This document shows, piece after piece, positions 59,295 to 64,000 of a stretch of 64,000 bases of DNA. Source of the DNA: an uncultured Spirochaetota bacterium (GTDB lineage Bacteria > Spirochaetota > Brevinematia > Brevinematales > JAOACQ01); contig CAWIGG010000004.1 of NCBI GenBank assembly GCA_963835575.1, forward strand, positions 128,001 to 192,000. The letters are read 5' to 3'. The position numbers and the translations under genes were made by a program. A model generated the notes under the pieces. The model was given only the letters and a program-made list of their open reading frames with translations, searched no databases and was not told where the DNA came from. Numbering within the stretch: the stretch's first letter is position 1; the number at the start of each line of letters is the position of its first letter.

Positions 59295-60776
59295 ATGAAA
59301 AAAATAACCGTTCTATTCCCCATTATTTTTATATTGGTTTTATTATTCTCCTGCGGCAGCACGGCAAGCGCCGTAAAGCAGGACCCCTCGCCCCAGGTTT
59401 CTTCCGGCCAGCCTTCCTGGGTCGGTACTTCTAAAAAAGATAAGGATTATTTTTACGCCGTGGGCTATGTTGAGGATACGGCGGGCCTGGATGATGTCAA
59501 AGCGAAAGCCTTCCAGAACGCCAAAGGACAGATCGCCAACAATATTTTTGAGGAAACATCCGTTGAAAAGGTTTTTACCGCTTCGGGCGGGCTTTCCGAT
59601 AATGAAGAACTGAAAAAAGGGTACCAGGAAAAAGTCAGAAGCGAGAGCGCCGTGAATCTTTCCGGCGTGGAAATCGAGGATGTCTATTCCGAAAAAACCG
59701 AGGATTCAGGCTTGACGGTGTATAAAGTATGGGTCCTGGCGAAAATATCCTATAAAAACCTGGAAAAGGAAAGGAACCGCGTTATAACCGAACTGCAGAG
59801 AAAGCTCGCTCTTGTGGATAATAATATCAAAGCGGCCCAGGGTTTTACTAATGGCGGCAGGATAATTGACGCCGTCAACGCCTATATAACAGCAGCTGTC
59901 AGTTCTACAAAAGTTAAAGAAAGGACCGACGAATTCCCCATTTATGTCAGTAAAGCGGAAAAACTCCTGGAAGGCATTATAATAGAAGCTCAGGATAATC
60001 CCTCCTCAATCGACACGGTTAAAGGCGGGGTTTTCGGTTTTAAAGTCACTTATGCCTCGCCGTCCGGTAAAATCCCCTTAAGCGGAGCTAAAATCAATTT
60101 TGTGATTAAAAATAATGACGGCGAATATGAAAAGAGCGGGGTTTCCGCTACGAACGGAGTTGTCGAGTGCCGGATAAAAAAGCTTAAAGAAGTAAAAAGC
60201 GATAACCGTTTATACGCGGTTTTTTCCTTCGATTTTCCCGATATTTTAGATCTTGGGAAGGAGTACCAGAAATATTATTCATCCCTTAAAGACAGCGAAG
60301 AGAAAATCAGCGTCTATACCGAATTTAAAACTATTTCCCGGGAAAACAGGAATATTCCCACAACGGTGATCGCCATGATCGCCGGGGAAAACGGGCTGAA
60401 AAATATCCCGGGCCTCTCTGCCGAAGCACAATCCTACCTGATCGACAGGGGTTATAAAGTGGTCAAATTTTCCGGCAGCCTGCCGCTGGAAGACATTGCC
60501 GAGGTCAAGCAGAGCGCGCTGGAAGAGCTGGCCTCAAAAGGGATCAAGCGCGTATTTATTCTCTCCGTGGCATCCCAGGCTAGCCCCAAATACAACCAGG
60601 AGCTGGACAGGTATCTGGGCGTATATTCCGTTTCCGCCCAGCTTGTCGACACGTCGAGCGGTGAGATCATTTCTTCGAAAAATATAAAAGTCAGCGCGAC
60701 CGCTCAGACAGAAAGCGGCGTGTTCGACTCCTTCATCAAAGCGGCCGGCAATCAGATTAAAAACCTGATCGAATAA
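59295..60776 (+). CDS. Lipoprotein (LPP20-like N-terminal domain)
   Basis: Lipobox LLFSC; PSWV, YFYAVG, AFQNAKGQIA; GGAGG RBS. Confidence 0.7.
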   Translation: MKKITVLFPIIFILVLLFSCGSTASAVKQDPSPQVSSGQPSWVGTSKKDKDYFYAVGYVEDTAGLDDVKAKAFQNAKGQIANNIFEETSVEKVFTASGGLSDNEELKKGYQEKVRSESAVNLSGVEIEDVYSEKTEDSGLTVYKVWVLAKISYKNLEKERNRVITELQRKLALVDNNIKAAQGFTNGGRIIDAVNAYITAAVSSTKVKERTDEFPIYVSKAEKLLEGIIIEAQDNPSSIDTVKGGVFGFKVTYASPSGKIPLSGAKINFVIKNNDGEYEKSGVSATNGVVECRIKKLKEVKSDNRLYAVFSFDFPDILDLGKEYQKYYSSLKDSEEKISVYTEFKTISRENRNIPTTVIAMIAGENGLKNIPGLSAEAQSYLIDRGYKVVKFSGSLPLEDIAEVKQSALEELASKGIKRVFILSVASQASPKYNQELDRYLGVYSVSAQLVDTSSGEIISSKNIKVSATAQTESGVFDSFIKAAGNQIKNLIE

Positions 60777-60782
60777 AGCAGA

Positions 60783-63700
60783 ATGGGTTTTATAAATTTT
60801 CACAGCCACAGCGAATATTCTTTTCTTGCGTCTCTTTTAAAAATCGATGAAATTGTCCAATTTTCCCTCTCCGGCGGTTTTGAGGGGTGCGCCGTTACGG
60901 ACACTCTTTCAACATACGGCTTTATAGAACTGTCCCGGACATGTCTTAAGAATAAAATTAAGCCGGTATTCGGCTGCGAGCTTTTTATAAAAGGGTCCGG
61001 TGGAAAGGGCCATTACCCGGTCCTTCTCATAGCCCTGGACAGACGCGGTCTGGAAAATATTTATCTGCTGAACAGCTTCGCCCACAAGCTTTACCTGAGC
61101 GAACACATTTATACATTACCGCAGGAAGTCCTTTTCTCTCATTATGAAGGACTGGCCGTACTGGCCGAATCAGAAATCTACTTTAACAGGAAAAATAAAA
61201 CAAGGGCACTAAAAATTGTTTCGCTCTATCAGGATGTTTTCAAGGAAAACTTTTTTGTCGAAGTGAATTATACCGGCGAAAAAAAAGTCCCTCTGCTCAA
61301 GGAAATAGTGGATCTGATCGAGGCCAACCGTTTCCCGGCATTGGCGGCATGCGAAGCCCGGTATTCCCGGTATGACGGCGATGCCTTTCCGGCACTGAAC
61401 GCTTACAGGGAAAAAAAAGAAGCGGGTAATGAAAAGGGCCTCCCTCTCGATACCGGATTCGATTTCTCTTTGAAAACAAAAGATGATTTCAGCCATTATT
61501 TTAAAAATCACCCGCAATATCTGGCCAACGCGGAAAGCCTCTTTGCCAGGATCGAGGACAATATCATTAAAAAAAGCTTCCCCGTGCCTCATTATATTAA
61601 AAGCCTGTCGAGGCTCAGAAAAATCTGCGAAAGAAAATTAAACGCTTATTGTTCCGATTCATTATACAGGATCAGGCTGGAAGAGGAACTCGGAATTATT
61701 GAGAAGGAAGGCATCTCTGATTATTTTATTTTCGCTTATGACATCGCCTGTTTTATCAAGATCAATAAGATCCCTTACGGGTTCGGGAAAGGCTCTCTTC
61801 CGTCGTCCCTTGTTTTATTCCTTCTGGGGCTGACAAAAATAGATCCGGTCGAACATGGGCTCCTTTTTGAGCTTTTTGTCCCGCCCGGTCTGCCCTTTTC
61901 GTATGAAATTGAACTGGATATATCCAGGAAAAAGAAAGGCGCGGTCTTTTCATATGTCCATTCAAAATTCGGAAAGAAAAATGTGTCATTTCTTTCGGTG
62001 ATAGACCGCTGGACAATCCGCTCGGCATTCCGGGCGGTCTCGAAATACAGCAGACTGGACAGGGATTCCGCAAAAATCCTTTCCTCATTTTTTAACAGGA
62101 GTAATTTTTCCATTGAAGAGGAATTAAATGCCGATTCGCGTTTTGCATTTCTCTATAATGAAAATAAAGAATTAAAAGAATGTTCGGACACGGTCCGCCG
62201 CCTGGACGGGAAAGCCTGTCAGAACCAGGTCCAATCGGACTGTTTTACCGTAATCCCTGGAGGTCTTGAAAAACAGGCCTCGCTGGATTACAATGCCGGA
62301 GGGGAACCATTTGCCGAATTAACCCGCGACGACGGTAGAATCAGCCCATTCCTCCGCGTTGTTTTAAATTCAAACCGCTCGGTCGCGATTATTGAAGAAA
62401 CAATGAGAACGGCAAAATTAAAAGACATAAATTATAATGACGGAGAAACCTATCTTTTATTAAGCGAAGGCAGAACAGCCGGCATCTTTACGCTGGAAAG
62501 CCCCGGCATCCGTGAATTTATAAAAAAAGCGCAGATAGATTCACTCTCATGCCTGTGCGATATTATCACCCTGTATAGAAAAGACCCCCTGACGCTTGGC
62601 ACGGCTTCAGATTATATTACCAGGAGAATCAACAACCTGAACTATGGGAAAGTCTCTCCGAAAGCCCATGAGACAAATCCGATCACATGGGAAACCTACG
62701 GTCTCATCCTGTATGAGGAGCAGGTTTTAAGGATTATCCATGAAGCGGCGGGGGTTGAACTGGATAAATCCATCCTGTTTCTCCAGGCGCTCCTTAAAAA
62801 AAACAACCCGGCGGTCCTTTCTTTTAAAAAGCAATTCATAAAGGGCTGCGTTCAAAACGGCAGCGATAAGGAATTCGCTCAAAGGCTTTTCGGTATTCTT
62901 CTCGAAGTCGGAAGGTGGGCCGTTAAGAAGTCCCATACTCTCAATTATGCTTACCTTGCCTATGCCGGGGCGTACCTGAAAACCCATCATCCCCTTGAAT
63001 TTTATCTTTCATACCTGAACAATAATCTCGACCTGTCTGAAAATTTAAATAAGATTATTATGGACATCCGCTTTTATTCCTGGAACATTAATATTCTTCC
63101 CATAAATATCAATAAAAGCAGATGCCTGTTTTCACTGGAAAACGGGAATATCAGGGCCGGACTTTATCTCATCAATCATTTAGGGCAGGAAACAGCGAGA
63201 AATATTGTCAGGGAAAGAAATAAGAATGGGATGTTCAAGGATATGCTTGATTTTACGCTCAGGATGTCATCATTCGATCTGCATGAAAAAGCCCTGGAAA
63301 ATCTCATCAAGGCCGGCGCTTTTTCTGAATCAGACCGCAGCGTATCAGAACTGCTTTCCACGGCGCATTCCGTATATAAATTCGCCCGGAAAGAAGAAAA
63401 GGACGAGGAAAACAGCCTCTTCGAACGGGGCGAACAGATCCCGGACCTGGAATACTTTATCAGGAAAAATCCGCCGGCGGACATGCCGGTCAATTCCATG
63501 GATGAATTTGAGGCCACGGATGTCTTCCTTACCCATGATCCTCTGGACAGGGTTAAAGACGTGCTCGGCCGGTACAGCGTGGACGAAACCGATCAGATGC
63601 AGAACCTGGAAAAAGGTACCTTTATCGCCTATCTGTTTCAGCTCAGGGCCGCGCGCAGCCGCCGGGGCGGAATGACGGCATCCGCACAGATATGCGACAG

Positions 63701-63860
63701 AAAAGGCATTGCCCGGGCCGTATTTTTCCCTTCGGTCTATCAGCGGTATTCTTCCATCCTGCAGAACCATACAATATACCTGATGAAGGGAAAAATAAAT
63801 AATAACCAGTTGATTGTCGAACAGATATTCCTCTTTGACGAGCTGATTAAAAACGGATGA
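60783..63860 (+). CDS. DNA polymerase III alpha (DnaE)-like protein with degenerate catalytic motifs
   Basis: PHP-palm-fingers-HhH-OB architecture (HSHSEYS, DYFI, IDPVEHGLLFE, ETYGLILYEEQV, LIKAGAF), but PDIDxD is replaced by YEIELD. Confidence 0.85.
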   Translation: MGFINFHSHSEYSFLASLLKIDEIVQFSLSGGFEGCAVTDTLSTYGFIELSRTCLKNKIKPVFGCELFIKGSGGKGHYPVLLIALDRRGLENIYLLNSFAHKLYLSEHIYTLPQEVLFSHYEGLAVLAESEIYFNRKNKTRALKIVSLYQDVFKENFFVEVNYTGEKKVPLLKEIVDLIEANRFPALAACEARYSRYDGDAFPALNAYREKKEAGNEKGLPLDTGFDFSLKTKDDFSHYFKNHPQYLANAESLFARIEDNIIKKSFPVPHYIKSLSRLRKICERKLNAYCSDSLYRIRLEEELGIIEKEGISDYFIFAYDIACFIKINKIPYGFGKGSLPSSLVLFLLGLTKIDPVEHGLLFELFVPPGLPFSYEIELDISRKKKGAVFSYVHSKFGKKNVSFLSVIDRWTIRSAFRAVSKYSRLDRDSAKILSSFFNRSNFSIEEELNADSRFAFLYNENKELKECSDTVRRLDGKACQNQVQSDCFTVIPGGLEKQASLDYNAGGEPFAELTRDDGRISPFLRVVLNSNRSVAIIEETMRTAKLKDINYNDGETYLLLSEGRTAGIFTLESPGIREFIKKAQIDSLSCLCDIITLYRKDPLTLGTASDYITRRINNLNYGKVSPKAHETNPITWETYGLILYEEQVLRIIHEAAGVELDKSILFLQALLKKNNPAVLSFKKQFIKGCVQNGSDKEFAQRLFGILLEVGRWAVKKSHTLNYAYLAYAGAYLKTHHPLEFYLSYLNNNLDLSENLNKIIMDIRFYSWNINILPININKSRCLFSLENGNIRAGLYLINHLGQETARNIVRERNKNGMFKDMLDFTLRMSSFDLHEKALENLIKAGAFSESDRSVSELLSTAHSVYKFARKEEKDEENSLFERGEQIPDLEYFIRKNPPADMPVNSMDEFEATDVFLTHDPLDRVKDVLGRYSVDETDQMQNLEKGTFIAYLFQLRAARSRRGGMTASAQICDRKGIARAVFFPSVYQRYSSILQNHTIYLMKGKINNNQLIVEQIFLFDELIKNG

Positions 63861-64000
63861 AGCCGTCATTGCGAGCATCCGACTTTATACTCTGCCGAAT
63901 ATTTTAAAGCGAAGCAATGGTTCGACAAGTTCACCACGGCGTCTGTCAGCTTTTAATACAGACTTGCCCTGAGCTTGCCGAAGGGTTGCTTCGCGCGATA
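63860..64000. repeat. Family A copy 4 (inverted, runs off the window) with family C inserts
   Basis: Matches the reverse complement of the copy-1 end; inner stem interrupted by GGTTCGACAAGTTCACCAC and TTGCCCTGAGCTTGCCGAAGG. Confidence 0.8.

Noticed and set aside
60783..63860. Calling the gene dnaE or dnaE2/imuC
   Set aside because: The catalytic Asp motifs are altered and there are no imuA/imuB neighbours, so no gene symbol was assigned.
1..64000. rRNA, tRNA, prophage or IS transposase genes
   Set aside because: None was recognised by eye; a tRNAscan/Rfam/IS search would be needed to exclude small or divergent ones.

Overview
A 64-kb bacterial chromosomal segment, most likely from an anaerobic spirochaete. 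That assignment is inferred from the flaA sheath gene, an OmpA protein with FlgD-type Ig repeats and the def-fmt-PASTA-rpe cluster. The housekeeping backbone includes an HD-GYP protein, an NtrC-like regulator, rpe, fmt, def, flaA, dapA, ilvE, lolCD, pncAB and glgP. A Yej/Opp-type peptide ABC system is split by a ~10-kb metal-homeostasis island. The island holds znuABC-like genes, a Fur/Zur regulator, a DUF318-type permease with a TIGR03943-like partner, a PpiC lipoprotein, a truncated MerB-like fragment, and two paralogous His/CxxC...RAPP leader ORFs that look like metal-sensing ribosome-arrest peptides. The window also carries the mercury-methylation pair hgcA-hgcB behind a Cys-containing MarR regulator with a double palindromic operator. 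Other notable items are an intact but apparently catalytically dead DnaE paralogue and a GxxExxY nuclease gene bracketed by inverted repeats whose empty copies recur in the window. Several families of nested intergenic palindromes are present. Three genes carry single-base +1 frameshifts, possibly assembly errors. No rRNA, tRNA or CRISPR array was recognised. All protein family calls come from motif recognition by eye, not from database searches.
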